Shown: positions 29,175 to 39,306, numbered from the stretch's first letter. The stretch: 53,640 nucleotides of DNA from Candidatus Hadarchaeum sp. (GCF_049969415.1 NZ_JBMFOX010000005.1:1-53640), one strand, 5' to 3'. Notes: a model not told the origin generated them from the sequence alone. A program made the numbers and translations.

Positions 29175-29963
29175 ATGGTCAGGTACCGGTCTGAATGGCC
29201 CTCGGTGGAGGAGCTGGTCATGTGCACGGTGAAGAAGGTCTTCCCGCAGGGGGCCTTCGTGACTCTGGACGAGTACGGTGGCAAGGAGGGGATGGTCCAT
29301 ATCTCCGAGGTCGCCTCAGGCTGGATCAAGAACATCCGGGACCACGTTCGCGAGAATCAAAAGGTGGTCTGCAAGGTCCTCGCGGTCGATCCGGTGAGGC
29401 AGCATATCGACCTCTCCATCCGGCGGGTCAAGGACGGCGAGCGCAGGTGGAAGGCGCAGCGGGTGAAGCTCAACCAGAGGGCCGAGAAGCTGCTGGAGCT
29501 GGCCGCGAGCAAGCTGGGCAAGACGTTGGACCAGGCCTACGAGGAGGTCGGGTTTAAACTGCAGGAAAAGTTTGGAGATCTGTATTCCGCAATGGAGGCG
29601 GCGGTCAGGGACAGCAACAGCTTCTCTGGAATCATTGATGAGAGCTGGGCGAAGGTCATCACCGAACTCGCCAAGGACTCGATTCAGGCCCCATCATACA
29701 AGGTTGCCGGGAACGTGATCCTGAGTTCCACAGCCCCCAACGGCGTGGAGATAATAAAATCGGCGATGATAACCGCCCGAGATGCCGTTAGGGATGAGGA
29801 TGTTAACGTGGAAATCTACTACGTCGGCGCGCCCAGGTATCGGATTGAGGTGACGGCTCCTTCCTACAAGGCCGCCGAAAATGCGATGCAGCGGGCCGTT
29901 GAGCTGATGATCGAGGCAGTGACCAAGGCCGGTGGCAAGGGGGAGTTCCAGAGGGCGGGTTGA
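29175..29963 (+). CDS. eif2a: Translation initiation factor aIF2 alpha
   Basis: S1 domain GAFVTLDEY..HISEVASGWIKNIRD, IDLS, GAPRYRI. Confidence 0.97.
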   Translation: MVRYRSEWPSVEELVMCTVKKVFPQGAFVTLDEYGGKEGMVHISEVASGWIKNIRDHVRENQKVVCKVLAVDPVRQHIDLSIRRVKDGERRWKAQRVKLNQRAEKLLELAASKLGKTLDQAYEEVGFKLQEKFGDLYSAMEAAVRDSNSFSGIIDESWAKVITELAKDSIQAPSYKVAGNVILSSTAPNGVEIIKSAMITARDAVRDEDVNVEIYYVGAPRYRIEVTAPSYKAAENAMQRAVELMIEAVTKAGGKGEFQRAG

Positions 29964-30125
29964 ATGAGGATGAAAAAGTGCAAGTCATGTGGAATCTACA
30001 CCCTGAAGGACATCTGTCCCAGCTGCGGCGGGCAGACGGTCTCACCCCACCCACCTAGGTTTTCACCTCAGGATCCCTACGGTAAGTACCGGAGGTTATT
30101 GAAGAAGCAGGCGGGGGTTCCGTGA
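29964..30125 (+). CDS. nop10: H/ACA RNP protein Nop10 (below the ORF-track cutoff)
   Basis: Hand translation: [53 protein letters not shown]. Confidence 0.95.
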   Translation: MRMKKCKSCGIYTLKDICPSCGGQTVSPHPPRFSPQDPYGKYRRLLKKQAGVP

Positions 30126-30883
30126 AGGAGACGGTGATTGAGGTCCTGAGCAGGCCGCGGCTGGCTCAGCCAGTGTTGATCGGCGGACTTCCAGGGATGG
30201 GTTATGTGGGGAAGCTGGCGGCGGAGCATTTGGTGGCTGAGATTAAGGCCAAGAAGTTCGCCGAGCTTTACTCGCCGCATTTTCCGCACCAAGCCGTGGT
30301 CGAGGAAGGCGGTCTGATCCGGCTCCCCAGAAATGAATTTTACTGGGCCAGGGTGGATGGGAGGAGCCTGGTGATCTGGACCGGCGACGCGCAGTCGGTG
30401 ACCCCGGAGGGGCATTATGAGATTGTGGAGAAGGTGCTGGACTTTGCTGAGGATCTGGGAGTCAGACAGATGTTCACGCTAGGCGGATTCGCGACCGGGA
30501 AGTTCTCAAGGGCGCAGCCCAAGGTGGTGGCCATCGGTGATCTTGAGATGCTCCGGGATCTCGGCCCCCTCGGCGTTTCCATAGAGAAGCGGAGTGGCCC
30601 GATCGTCGGGGCGGTGGGGCTGCTCGTCGGGCTGGGAAAGCTGCGCCGGATGCCGGGTATCAGCCTCTTGGGGGAGACGCACGGTATGCTCGTGGACCAC
30701 CGCGCGGCGCAGGCGGTCCTCCAGGTGGTGCTGAAGGTGCTGGGGCTTAACATCAGCCTGGAGAACCTGCAGCAGCGGGCGAGGGAGACGGAGCAGATGA
30801 TCGAGCGGGTCCAGCGGGAGCTCATGAGCCGCGAGGAGATGATGAAGAAACGTGAGGAGGAAGAGTCCTGGTACATCGGTTGA
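30122..30883 (+). CDS. PAC2-family proteasome assembly chaperone
   Basis: [29 protein letters not shown]-terminal YIG. Confidence 0.92.
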   Translation: MKETVIEVLSRPRLAQPVLIGGLPGMGYVGKLAAEHLVAEIKAKKFAELYSPHFPHQAVVEEGGLIRLPRNEFYWARVDGRSLVIWTGDAQSVTPEGHYEIVEKVLDFAEDLGVRQMFTLGGFATGKFSRAQPKVVAIGDLEMLRDLGPLGVSIEKRSGPIVGAVGLLVGLGKLRRMPGISLLGETHGMLVDHRAAQAVLQVVLKVLGLNISLENLQQRARETEQMIERVQRELMSREEMMKKREEEESWYIG

Positions 30884-30942
30884 TCCCTTTGCCCCGCGTT
30901 CGTTCTTTTTGTTTTTAGACCCGGGAGCAGCGAGGTGATGGC

Positions 30943-32184
30943 TTGGCTGAACTCAGGAGCTATGCCGCGGATTTTCACATCCACTCGAAATATTCCGGCG
31001 CCACCTCCAGTCAGATGGACGTGGAGACGATAGCGGCGCAGGCCAGGCTCAAGGGGCTGACCTTCGTCGGAACCGGTGACGTCTTTCACCCCTCTTGGTT
31101 TCGCAGCCTGAAGGAGGAGCTGGTCGAGGTGGCCGAGGGGACTTTTGAGCACCGGCGCCATGGGACGAGGTTTATCCTGACGGTCGAGGTCGAGGACAGG
31201 AACCGGGTGCACCACCTCATCATCTTGCCCTCATTCGCCACGGCCGAGAGCGTTCGCGAGGAGCTGGCCAAGCATTCCCAGGACATCGGTAGCGATGGCC
31301 GGCCCCGCGTCGAGCTGAGCGGCCAGGAGCTTGCCGAGGTTGTGGTCGCGCAGGACTGCCTGATCGGTCCGGCCCACGCCTTTACGCCTTGGACCAGCGT
31401 TTACAAGGAGTTCGACAGCCTCCGCGACTGCTACGGTGACCGGCTCAGCGCGGTCAGCTTTGTCGAGCTGGGGCTGAGCGCGGACAGCGACATGGCGGAC
31501 CGGATTGCCGAGCTCGCTGACCTCACCTTTCTCTCCAACAGCGATGCCCACTCGCCGTGGCCGGAGAAGCTGGGTCGGGAGTTCAACCGCCTGGGGCTGG
31601 CCGAGCCGACCTATGCTGAGGTTGTCAAGGCGATCAGGCGGGAGGATGGTAGGCGCGTGCTGCTCAACGTCGGCTTTGACCCCCGCCTGGGCAAGTACCA
31701 CGTCACCGCCTGTTCCCGCTGCTTCAAGCAGTTCACGATGGAGGAGGCGGTCAGGTTGAAGTGGAGATGCGATGATTGCCGCGGCTGGATCAAGAAGGGA
31801 GTCATGGACCGGGTGAACGAGCTCGCGGACTATCCTGAGCCAAGGCATCCTCTCCACCGCCCGGGTTACCTGAGGATAGCACCGCTGGCCGAGGTCATCG
31901 GGCTGGCCACCGGAGAGGACCCTCACTCTCCCGGCGTCAAGGCCGAGTGGGAGAAGCTGGTGACGAGCTTCGGTGACGAGATTTCGGTGCTGGTTGATGC
32001 CGTTCCCGAGCTGCTCCTGGAGGTCACGAGCCCGGAAATAGTAGAAGTTATAAAGGCGTTCAGGACAGGAACATTAAGGGTGATTCCGGGCGGAGGCGGG
32101 CGCTATGGCCACCTTGAGATAGGTGTCGGGGTGAACAGGAGGCCGCCGAAGCCGCAGAGAAAGCTAACGGAGTTTGGAATATGA
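30943..32184 (+). CDS. endoQ: Endonuclease Q (TIGR00375, PHP domain)
   Basis: DFHIHSKYS, GTGD, PAHAFTPW, ELGLSAD, SNSDAHS, GKYH..CxxC..CxxC, PIP box QRKLTEF. Confidence 0.92.
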   Translation: MAELRSYAADFHIHSKYSGATSSQMDVETIAAQARLKGLTFVGTGDVFHPSWFRSLKEELVEVAEGTFEHRRHGTRFILTVEVEDRNRVHHLIILPSFATAESVREELAKHSQDIGSDGRPRVELSGQELAEVVVAQDCLIGPAHAFTPWTSVYKEFDSLRDCYGDRLSAVSFVELGLSADSDMADRIAELADLTFLSNSDAHSPWPEKLGREFNRLGLAEPTYAEVVKAIRREDGRRVLLNVGFDPRLGKYHVTACSRCFKQFTMEEAVRLKWRCDDCRGWIKKGVMDRVNELADYPEPRHPLHRPGYLRIAPLAEVIGLATGEDPHSPGVKAEWEKLVTSFGDEISVLVDAVPELLLEVTSPEIVEVIKAFRTGTLRVIPGGGGRYGHLEIGVGVNRRPPKPQRKLTEFGI

Positions 32185-32354
32185 AGGTGGACCAGAACCT
32201 GTGTGTCCGCTGCGGTGGCTGCGTGGGCGTCTGTCCCTTTGACGCCATCGAGGCCACCGACGGCAGCGTAGGGCCGAACGAGAGGTGCACCGATTGCGGC
32301 ATCTGCGAGCGGGTCTGTCCCATGGGGGCGATTAAGGTTGCGAGAAAGCTATGA
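32181..32354 (+). CDS. 2[4Fe-4S] ferredoxin (below the ORF-track cutoff)
   Basis: Hand translation: MKVDQNLCVRCGGCVGVCPFDAI...RCTDCGICERVCPMGAIKVARKL*, with two CxxCxxCxxxCP motifs. Confidence 0.93.
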   Translation: MKVDQNLCVRCGGCVGVCPFDAIEATDGSVGPNERCTDCGICERVCPMGAIKVARKL

Positions 32355-33525
32355 TGTGGTCGTCGTTGGAGCCGGTCCGGCGGGGTCGGTGGCGGCATAC
32401 GCGGCAGCGAAGGGCGGGGCCAGCGTCCTGATGCTCGACCGCCGCCGGGAGATCGGTGTGCCCGTCCAGTGCGGTGAGGCCCTTTCTGAGGATGTTCTCA
32501 ATGAGATGGGGATTAAGCCCGACCCGAGCTGGGCGGTGAACCCCACCAACGCGGTGAAAATAGTCTCGCCTTCAGGCATCGCCGTTCGCATCTCCGAGCG
32601 CCGGGTGACGGGCAAGGTCGGCTACATCCTGAACCGCAAGGTCTTTGACAAATATCTGGCGGTCAGGGCCGCTGAGGCCGGCGCCGACGTCAGGGTCGGG
32701 ACCTACGTCTACGGGTTGATGATGAAGGACGGCGAGGTTCGCGGCGTCAGGGCCCGGGGGGTCGAGGGTGGCCTTGAGGTTGAGGCCAAGGTGGTGATAG
32801 CTGCCGACGGCGTTGGTTCCCGCGTGGCTCGCTGGGCGGGGATGAACACGGCGATAAAGCTGGATGATTTTGAGAGCGGCGTCCAGTTCCAGATGGTGGG
32901 GGTCGATTTTGAGGCGCCGACGATGCTGGAGTTTTACCTCAGCAGCCAGATAGCTCCGGGTGGTTATGCCTGGGTCTTCCCCAAGGGGGAGCACTTGGCC
33001 AACGTTGGCCTGGGCGTGCTGGGCAGCCGCGCCGAGCGCAGGGCGATTGACTATTTGCGCGATTTTGTGGCGCATAATCCAGCGCTGGCGAAGGGCAAGG
33101 TGGTCGAGATAAACGCGGGTGGGATTCCCGTCAGCGGACCGCTTAAAGAGACGGTGAAGGGCAATGTAGTCCTCGTGGGTGATGCCGCCCGCCAGGTCAA
33201 CGCCCTCACCGGTGGAGGCATTGACTCCGCCATGCGCGCGGGACAGATTGCCGGCGAGGTGGTGGCCCGTGCGGTCAGTGAGGATGACGTTTCGGAGAAG
33301 AGGCTGAAGGAGTACGAGAGGCGCTGGCGGGAGAAGATGGGCAAGTCACACGAGAGGTATTTGAAGGCAAAGAATGTGCTGCTGAGCCTGAGCGATCGGG
33401 ACCTCGACCAGCTGGCGGAGACGCTGTCCAAGGTGGACTTCGAGAGGATCAGCCTGACCGACATGCTGAAGGTGTTGATAAAGTCGCACCCGAAGCTGCT
33501 CTGGAAGCTCAAGGGCTTGGTCTAA
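32338..33525 (+). CDS. Digeranylgeranylglycerophospholipid (geranylgeranyl) reductase
   Basis: VVGAGPAGS, PVQCGE, APGGYAWVFPKG, VGDAA..GGGI. Confidence 0.93.
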   Translation: MRESYDVVVVGAGPAGSVAAYAAAKGGASVLMLDRRREIGVPVQCGEALSEDVLNEMGIKPDPSWAVNPTNAVKIVSPSGIAVRISERRVTGKVGYILNRKVFDKYLAVRAAEAGADVRVGTYVYGLMMKDGEVRGVRARGVEGGLEVEAKVVIAADGVGSRVARWAGMNTAIKLDDFESGVQFQMVGVDFEAPTMLEFYLSSQIAPGGYAWVFPKGEHLANVGLGVLGSRAERRAIDYLRDFVAHNPALAKGKVVEINAGGIPVSGPLKETVKGNVVLVGDAARQVNALTGGGIDSAMRAGQIAGEVVARAVSEDDVSEKRLKEYERRWREKMGKSHERYLKAKNVLLSLSDRDLDQLAETLSKVDFERISLTDMLKVLIKSHPKLLWKLKGLV

Positions 33526-33534
33526 ATTAATTTC

Positions 33535-34632
33535 TCATTCCTTTGGCAGCTTTTTCCACAGAATTGCCACCGCGGCTAGGCCTATCAAACCTGAGATCAG
33601 GAATGCTGAGGTCGGGCCAAAGGAGTCGGCGATGGCGCCGCCCAAGCCCGGGAAAACCCCCCAGCCGATTGAGGTCACTAGGTTGAAGATGCCCATCAGG
33701 TAGCCCGCCCCGCCGCCGGATTTTGAAAAGGCACTTAAAACCGAGGGGTACAACAGACCCTCCGCCACTGCGAGCGGGATTAGAAGTACGGTCAGCAGGA
33801 TGGCGTCGGAGGCCAGGTAGAGGAGAAAGAAGGTGAGGGAGACACCGAACAGCCCCACTAAGATGGCCGGGCGGTGGCCCACCCTGTCAGAGAGTGCGCC
33901 GAAGGGGGTGAAGATCACGGCCCGGACCAGGACAAAAAGAGTGATCAGTAATCCGACGTCGAATGCCGACATCCCGAGAGCCGCCGTCGCGTAGACGGGG
34001 ACGATGGTGTTGATTATCGCTATCGTGCCTACGTATATGAGGCCAGCGAAGCAGAGGGCCAGTATTTTGGATAGGTTGGGTTTCTCCGTGGCGGGCTGGG
34101 GCTCGATTTCAGGGATCTTGGTCGCCACCGCGGCGGAGGCCAGTGCTACCATCCCCCAGAGGATAAAGGTCATCTGGGCTCCCGCAATGGAGTAGCAGAA
34201 GCCACCGATTATCGGACCTAGGGCGACACCGAAACCCCACCATCTCCCATAGGACCCCATCGCCCTCCCCCGGGCTTCGGGTCTTGAGCTGTTGATGATG
34301 GCCACCTGGACATTTATCCAGAGGACGGTTTCGGTTAGGCCTTGGAGGAGCCTGAGCGCCAGCAGCCAGGGGATGGACGGGGCGAGGGCATAGAGGGTCA
34401 TCACAATCGCGGTGCTGAGGAAGCCGAAGAAGATGAATTTCTTCTTTCTGTAGTTGTCGCTGGCTCGACCCGCTGGCAGCGAAAAGATCAACCCGAGGAC
34501 CACGTAGGCGACGCCCAGCATCCCGATTTCGGTGTAGCTGGCGCCGAGGCTGCTGGCGTAAAGCGGGAGGGCGATGGCTGAGCCACCCATCGCCATGGAC
34601 ATCAGAAAGACGGCGATCATCAACCAGGACAT
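33535..34632 (-). CDS. MFS transporter
   Basis: About 12 TM helices, GRASD and GALSDRVGHR motif A copies, RGRAMG. Confidence 0.92.
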   Translation of the reverse strand: MSWLMIAVFLMSMAMGGSAIALPLYASSLGASYTEIGMLGVAYVVLGLIFSLPAGRASDNYRKKKFIFFGFLSTAIVMTLYALAPSIPWLLALRLLQGLTETVLWINVQVAIINSSRPEARGRAMGSYGRWWGFGVALGPIIGGFCYSIAGAQMTFILWGMVALASAAVATKIPEIEPQPATEKPNLSKILALCFAGLIYVGTIAIINTIVPVYATAALGMSAFDVGLLITLFVLVRAVIFTPFGALSDRVGHRPAILVGLFGVSLTFFLLYLASDAILLTVLLIPLAVAEGLLYPSVLSAFSKSGGGAGYLMGIFNLVTSIGWGVFPGLGGAIADSFGPTSAFLISGLIGLAAVAILWKKLPKE

Positions 34633-34692
34633 GTTTTGTAGATTGGAGTTTTTCCAAATAAATTTATTAACTCTGCTTCAGAAGGTCGCAGT

Positions 34693-35379
34693 GTGAGGAT
34701 GCTGGAGACCCCGATCGTCATCGTGAACTTCAAGACCTATCCTGAGACCACCGGGGAAGGCGCCGTCAAGCTAGCCCGTCTGATTTTCGAGGCCGGGAAG
34801 GAACACGGGGTTGCGGTGGCCGTGGCGCCGCAGGTTGTAGACATCTACCGGATTGCCTGCAGAGTGGAAGTGCCGGTCCTCGCCCAGCACGTGGATCCGG
34901 TCAAGCCGGGAAAAAACACAGGGTGGATAACCCCCGAGTCGGTGAGGGCGGCCGGAGCCGTGGGCACTTTGGTTAACCATGCGGAGCACAAAATCCCCAT
35001 CGATCGGATTGCTGGAGTTATTGAGAGAGCAAGGGAGGTCGGGTTGTCTACGGTCGCCTGCGCCGCCGACATCGAGGAGAGCCGGGAGATAGCTGGGCTG
35101 GGTCCGGAGATGATTGCGGTTGAGCCTCCAGAGCTGATTGGGACGGGTATTTCGGTTTCCAAGGCCAAGCCGGAGGTGGTGGCTAAATCCGTGAGGGCGG
35201 TGAAGGAAGTTAACTCTGGGGTAAAGGTACTTTGCGGTGCGGGCATAACCAAGGGCGAGGACGTGGCGAGAGCTCTGGAGCTGGGGGCTGAGGGAGTGCT
35301 GCTGGCTTCAGGGATTGTCTGTGCCCAGGATCAGCGGGCGGCGATCGAGGATATCCTCAGAGGCGTGTCTGGGCGTTAA
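34693..35379 (+). CDS. tpiA: Triosephosphate isomerase (archaeal type)
   Basis: VNFKTY, AQHVD, NHAE, AVEPPELIGTG, LCGAGI, GVLLAS. Confidence 0.97.
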   Translation: MRMLETPIVIVNFKTYPETTGEGAVKLARLIFEAGKEHGVAVAVAPQVVDIYRIACRVEVPVLAQHVDPVKPGKNTGWITPESVRAAGAVGTLVNHAEHKIPIDRIAGVIERAREVGLSTVACAADIEESREIAGLGPEMIAVEPPELIGTGISVSKAKPEVVAKSVRAVKEVNSGVKVLCGAGITKGEDVARALELGAEGVLLASGIVCAQDQRAAIEDILRGVSGR

Positions 35380-35433
35380 TTTGCCTTAAGTTTTAGCAAT
35401 GTATTTTTTCTTGGAGATTTACAGGTTGTCGGG

Positions 35434-35509
35434 GCCGCCGTAGCTCAGCCGGCAGAGCGATCGCCTTGTAAGCGATAGGTCGTGGGTTCAATTCCCACCG
35501 GCGGCTCCA
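35434..35509 (+). tRNA. tRNA-Thr(TGT)
   Basis: Same cloverleaf as 18303-18378 with anticodon TGT; encoded CCA. Confidence 0.97.
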
Positions 35510-36763
35510 CTCCTTTTTCAAGCTCCCTAATTTCCCTCGCCATGAATTTGAACGCCGGAACCACAGAAATGGTCTTGCTGGCGACATTATTAGTTTCCTC
35601 CGCATCATGTGTGGTGATATTTCCCTTTCTGACTCCGAACCTTTCCATGAAGGTCAATAGTCCGCCGTAGTCCGGCTTCTTGAGCTTTATCTCGATTGGT
35701 GTGGGTTTGCCGTTGGTCAGCACCACGTCAACCCCGTTCTTGTAGGGGTCTCACCAAAAGAACCCCGCTTTCAATTGGTTGGCGATGGTTCCTTCAAATG
35801 CCGTCGATTTTGAAGTGCTGTCATCGCTGAAGACCAGGTCCGTAGAAATTATTGTCGGGTAAAATTTCTTCAGCTTTCGTTTAATTTTTCTTTTACTGGC
35901 GGGGCAGTTGTAGAGTTTTCTCAGAAGAAAGGACTCCTCAAGGTATTTCAGATAGTTGAAAAGGGTCTGTCTTGGTGTCTTCATCTCACTGGCGAGACCG
36001 GATAGCTCAATGAGTTGCCCCGGTTCCTCCATGATGATGTTCAGCAGCGATTCCATGACTGAGATCTCTTATTCCGAACAGGAGGGCAAGATCTTCGAAG
36101 ACGACCTTCTCCACGATGCTTTCTCGCAGGTACTTCCGCAGCACGGTTTTTTCATTTATCCCCACAAGTTCGGGAAATCCTTGGGTCAGGATGAACTCAT
36201 CGAATAACCGCGACAATTCCTTTTCATAAAGCATGACTGGTCTGAAATCAACGCCCCTAAAGGCAAGATATTCCTTAAAGGAGAGTGGTTCAACACTGAA
36301 CTCAAAGAGACTGCCCGCGAGTGTTTTCTTTGACCTTTCCCTTATGAACAATGATTCTGGGCCGGAGATTAATCTCTTGAGATGGCCCTTGTGCTTCTCA
36401 TAGATGGCTTTCAGTTTGTCCTCCCAACCGGCGACCTTCTGTACCTCGTCGAGAAATATCAGGAATTTTCCCTCATTCAGGTTTCTATCCACCAGTTTTC
36501 GTATTCTGCCAGATTTCCCGCAATTCCACTTTCCGGAATTCGAAGTAGAGAATTTTTTGGGATCGGTACCCTCACTGATGGCGTCCTCCACCATTTTGAG
36601 CATGAGCGTAGCTTTCCCGCTCTTTGTAGACCAGTGGGCGCCAAGATCGGGGGCAGCGGCATGAACTTTTTTATTTGCCCGTAAATTTCCTTCGGATTGT
36701 AGTCGACCTTGAATTCCCCTTCCACCACGGGTTCAGTTCGATTACTTCCCTAATTCGTGCCAT
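35510..36763 (-). pseudogene. Multiply frameshifted AAA_14/DUF4143 ATPase
   Basis: Fragments in different frames: MARIREVIELNPWW, TGLQRAGK (degenerate Walker A), FLDEVQ Walker B, PLSFKEYL, GFPE, YLKYLEESFL, PIEIK. Confidence 0.85.
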
Positions 36764-36949
36764 GTTGTCTTAATTCAAATTATATTTTGTGTTAGGCATT
36801 AATTGGGAGGTAAAACGGCCTCGCTGGGCGGTAAATACAACGAGAAGCAAATGTCTGCTTTGTGTGGAGGTCTCAGGTTTTGATTCATGGCGAAGGTCTT
36901 TGACTGTATCATGTTTAATTCACCGGAAATCAAAATGATGGGGGAGAAA

Positions 36950-37720
36950 ATGGTCGATGGCTTCGTCGGGCAGATCTTCAACTCGATTCAGGGCGAGGGG
37001 CTTTACGTCGGCAGAAGGCAGGTTTTCGTCCGCTTTGCCGGATGCACGCTTAACTGTAACTACTGCGACTCCGCGGATTTCAGGAAGTTTACACCGCCGA
37101 GCTGTGAGGTTGAAACTAGGCCGGGGTCGATGAAGATGAAACGGGTGAAAAATCCCCTGAGCGTTGAACAGGTGCTCCAGCACGTCAAGCGCCTGGCGAC
37201 CCCGGACATCCACAGCGTGTCGTTGACCGGTGGCGAGCCGTTACAGGCGGGCGAGTTCCTCATCGAGATCGCTGGAGGTTGCCGGCGAGCAGGGTTGGCG
37301 ACTTACCTGGAGTCGAACGGAGCCAGCCTCGAGGTGATGAAAAAGGTCGTGGACAGCCTCGACATCGCGGCTCTGGACATCAAGCTGCCCGAGCACCATG
37401 CCGTGCCGGTTGAAAACTGGCCTAGGCTGCTGGAGGAGGAGCTCTCCTGCATCGAGCTGTCGCTTAAAAAAGGCGTGCGGACCTTCGTCAAGATCGTGGT
37501 CCTTCCCGCCACATCGGAGAGGACGATTGCGAAGGCGTGCCGGAGGTTGGCCGAGCTGGGCGATATCCCGCTGGTGCTCCAGCCGGTCTCGCCCGCCCGG
37601 GAGGTGAAGCGGAGCCCGACCATGGCGCAGATGTACCGCCTTTCCCAGGCCGCGTCCCGGGCAGGGGTGAAGGAGATAGCCATAATACCCCAGCTGCACA
37701 AGTTAATTGGGGTTCTCTGA
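36950..37720 (+). CDS. queE: 7-carboxy-7-deazaguanine synthase
   Basis: [41 protein letters not shown]. Confidence 0.93.
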   Translation: MVDGFVGQIFNSIQGEGLYVGRRQVFVRFAGCTLNCNYCDSADFRKFTPPSCEVETRPGSMKMKRVKNPLSVEQVLQHVKRLATPDIHSVSLTGGEPLQAGEFLIEIAGGCRRAGLATYLESNGASLEVMKKVVDSLDIAALDIKLPEHHAVPVENWPRLLEEELSCIELSLKKGVRTFVKIVVLPATSERTIAKACRRLAELGDIPLVLQPVSPAREVKRSPTMAQMYRLSQAASRAGVKEIAIIPQLHKLIGVL

Positions 37721-38193
37721 TGCGGGTAGAGCTGACCGAGGGAATCGGCTTCTCCGCGGCCCACTTCATCATCGGGCACAAAAAGTGCGAGTTCCTTCAC
37801 GGACACAACTGGCGGGTGGGGCTCACCGTGGAGGGGGAGGAGGACGAGCGCGGGCTCGTCGTTGATTTTCTGGACCTCAGGCGGATGATGGAGAAGATCT
37901 GCAGCGCCTATGACCATCGCCTGCTGCTGCCGTCGCAAAATCCGGCGATAAAGGTTGTCTCCGAGGGAAAGTCCACGCGCATCGCGGTGCATGGCCGGGA
38001 GTTTGAGTTTCCGAGCTCCGATGTCGTCTGGATTCCCGCGGTGAACACGACAGTTGAGGAGTTTGCCCGGGTTCTCGCCGACGAGATCGTCAGGAATCTT
38101 TCCGACCGGCCCAACGTGAGGAGCATCAAGGTTCTTGTCGAAGAGTCTCCGGGACAGAGCGCCACCGAGGAGCGCCTGCTGAGGCCGGGCTAG
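37720..38193 (+). CDS. queD: 6-carboxytetrahydropterin synthase
   Basis: FSAAH, CEFLHGHNW, VVDF, DH, TVE, EE; TGATG overlap with queE. Confidence 0.93.
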   Translation: MRVELTEGIGFSAAHFIIGHKKCEFLHGHNWRVGLTVEGEEDERGLVVDFLDLRRMMEKICSAYDHRLLLPSQNPAIKVVSEGKSTRIAVHGREFEFPSSDVVWIPAVNTTVEEFARVLADEIVRNLSDRPNVRSIKVLVEESPGQSATEERLLRPG

Positions 38194-38207
38194 ACGGGAG
38201 AGTTGCG

Positions 38208-38636
38208 ATGGCGGATCCCGGAATCTACGCGCTTTTGATCTACGTGCCCTATGATCTGTCGCTGAACATCGGACAGCTGGGCGTGGTCGATTTCAAGCGG
38301 GGCTATTACGCCTATGTGGGCTCCGCGCTGGGTGGTATCTCGGCCCGAGTGCGCCGCCACCTGCGGAGCGAGAAGAAGTTACACTGGCACATCGACCATC
38401 TCCTGCTCCACGCCCGCGCCGTCGACGTCGTGGCCGCGCGCGGTCGGGGACGGAAGGAGTGCGCGGTGGCCGCCGAGCTGGCGAAGCGGTTGCCCGGCGT
38501 CAAGGGCTTCGGGTCGAGCGACTGCGACTGCGAGAGTCACCTCTTTTACAGCCCGGATTTCGACGAGCTGCGCCGGGCGGTGGTCGAGGGCTTCAAGGAG
38601 TCCGGGGTGAAGATCTTCAGGTCCGGCGACATCTGA
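38208..38636 (+). CDS. DUF123 / GIY-YIG (Uri superfamily) nuclease
   Basis: GIYAL..GYYAYVGSA..RVRRH..HWHID..EC..GFGSSDCDCESHL. Confidence 0.9.
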   Translation: MADPGIYALLIYVPYDLSLNIGQLGVVDFKRGYYAYVGSALGGISARVRRHLRSEKKLHWHIDHLLLHARAVDVVAARGRGRKECAVAAELAKRLPGVKGFGSSDCDCESHLFYSPDFDELRRAVVEGFKESGVKIFRSGDI

Positions 38637-38694
38637 GGGGTCAGTTTTTAGGAACTCAAAAATGCTTTCAAGGTGAGCTTCGAGAGGGGATGGC

Positions 38695-39306
38695 ATGGGC
38701 CGACGCTGGCAGCTGGAGCGGAGGCGGGATTACTACTATCGGATGGCGAAGCGGGAGAAATACCGGAGCCGAGCCGCCTACAAGCTGAGACAGCTGAACC
38801 ACCGTTATCAGCTGCTGCGGCGCGGTGACGTGGTCGTTGACCTCGGGGCGGCTCCCGGCGGCTGGATGCAGGTCGCTCTTGAGGAGGTGGGTGACGGGGG
38901 CTTCGTGCTGGGGGTCGACTTGCAGCGGATAGCGGACCTGCCCCATAAAAATGCGGCGACCCTCGTGGCCGACATCACCGATCCGGCGACGGCGGAAAAG
39001 ATTAAGGAGAAGCTGCCGCGGCCGGCGGATGTCGTGGTCTCAGATGCTTCACCTTCTATCTCCGGGGTCTGGGATCTGGATCAGGCCCGGTCGGTGGAGC
39101 TGGTGAGGTCGGCCTTGAGGCTGGCGGAGGGGGTGCTGGCGCCCGGGGGCAGATTTCTGGCCAAGGTTTTTCAGGGGGCGATGATGCCCGAACTTTTGCA
39201 ACTAATCCGGGAGAGATTTGAGTTCGTGAAGGTATCCAAGCCATCGGCGTCGAGAAAGGGCAGCGCGGAAGTCTACGTCATCGGGAAGGGGTTCAGGCGC
39301 CCTTGA
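38695..39306 (+). CDS. rlmE: 23S rRNA Um2552 2'-O-methyltransferase
   Basis: YRSRAAYKL, DLGAAPGGW, VSD, KVFQG, KPSASR..S.E.Y. Confidence 0.96.
   Translation: MGRRWQLERRRDYYYRMAKREKYRSRAAYKLRQLNHRYQLLRRGDVVVDLGAAPGGWMQVALEEVGDGGFVLGVDLQRIADLPHKNAATLVADITDPATAEKIKEKLPRPADVVVSDASPSISGVWDLDQARSVELVRSALRLAEGVLAPGGRFLAKVFQGAMMPELLQLIRERFEFVKVSKPSASRKGSAEVYVIGKGFRRP

Noticed and set aside
27708-31926. Long antisense or alternate-frame ORFs (e.g. 27708-28619, 30415-31215, 31231-31926, and similar ones elsewhere)
   Set aside because: They shadow well-conserved genes in GC-rich sequence and show no protein motifs.
18303-35509. Two nearly identical tRNA-Thr genes as attL/attR of a 17-kb integrated element
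   Set aside because: Both are complete isoacceptors with different anticodons, the interval holds essential genes and there is no integrase.
36764-36949. preQ1 riboswitch upstream of queE
   Set aside because: No recognisable preQ1 stem-loop with an A-rich tail.
36950-38636. queE-queD next to a GIY-YIG nuclease as a 7-deazaguanine DNA modification/restriction system
   Set aside because: No dpdA or TGT-like gene is present, the neighbours are RNA modification genes, and preQ0 supply for archaeosine explains them.
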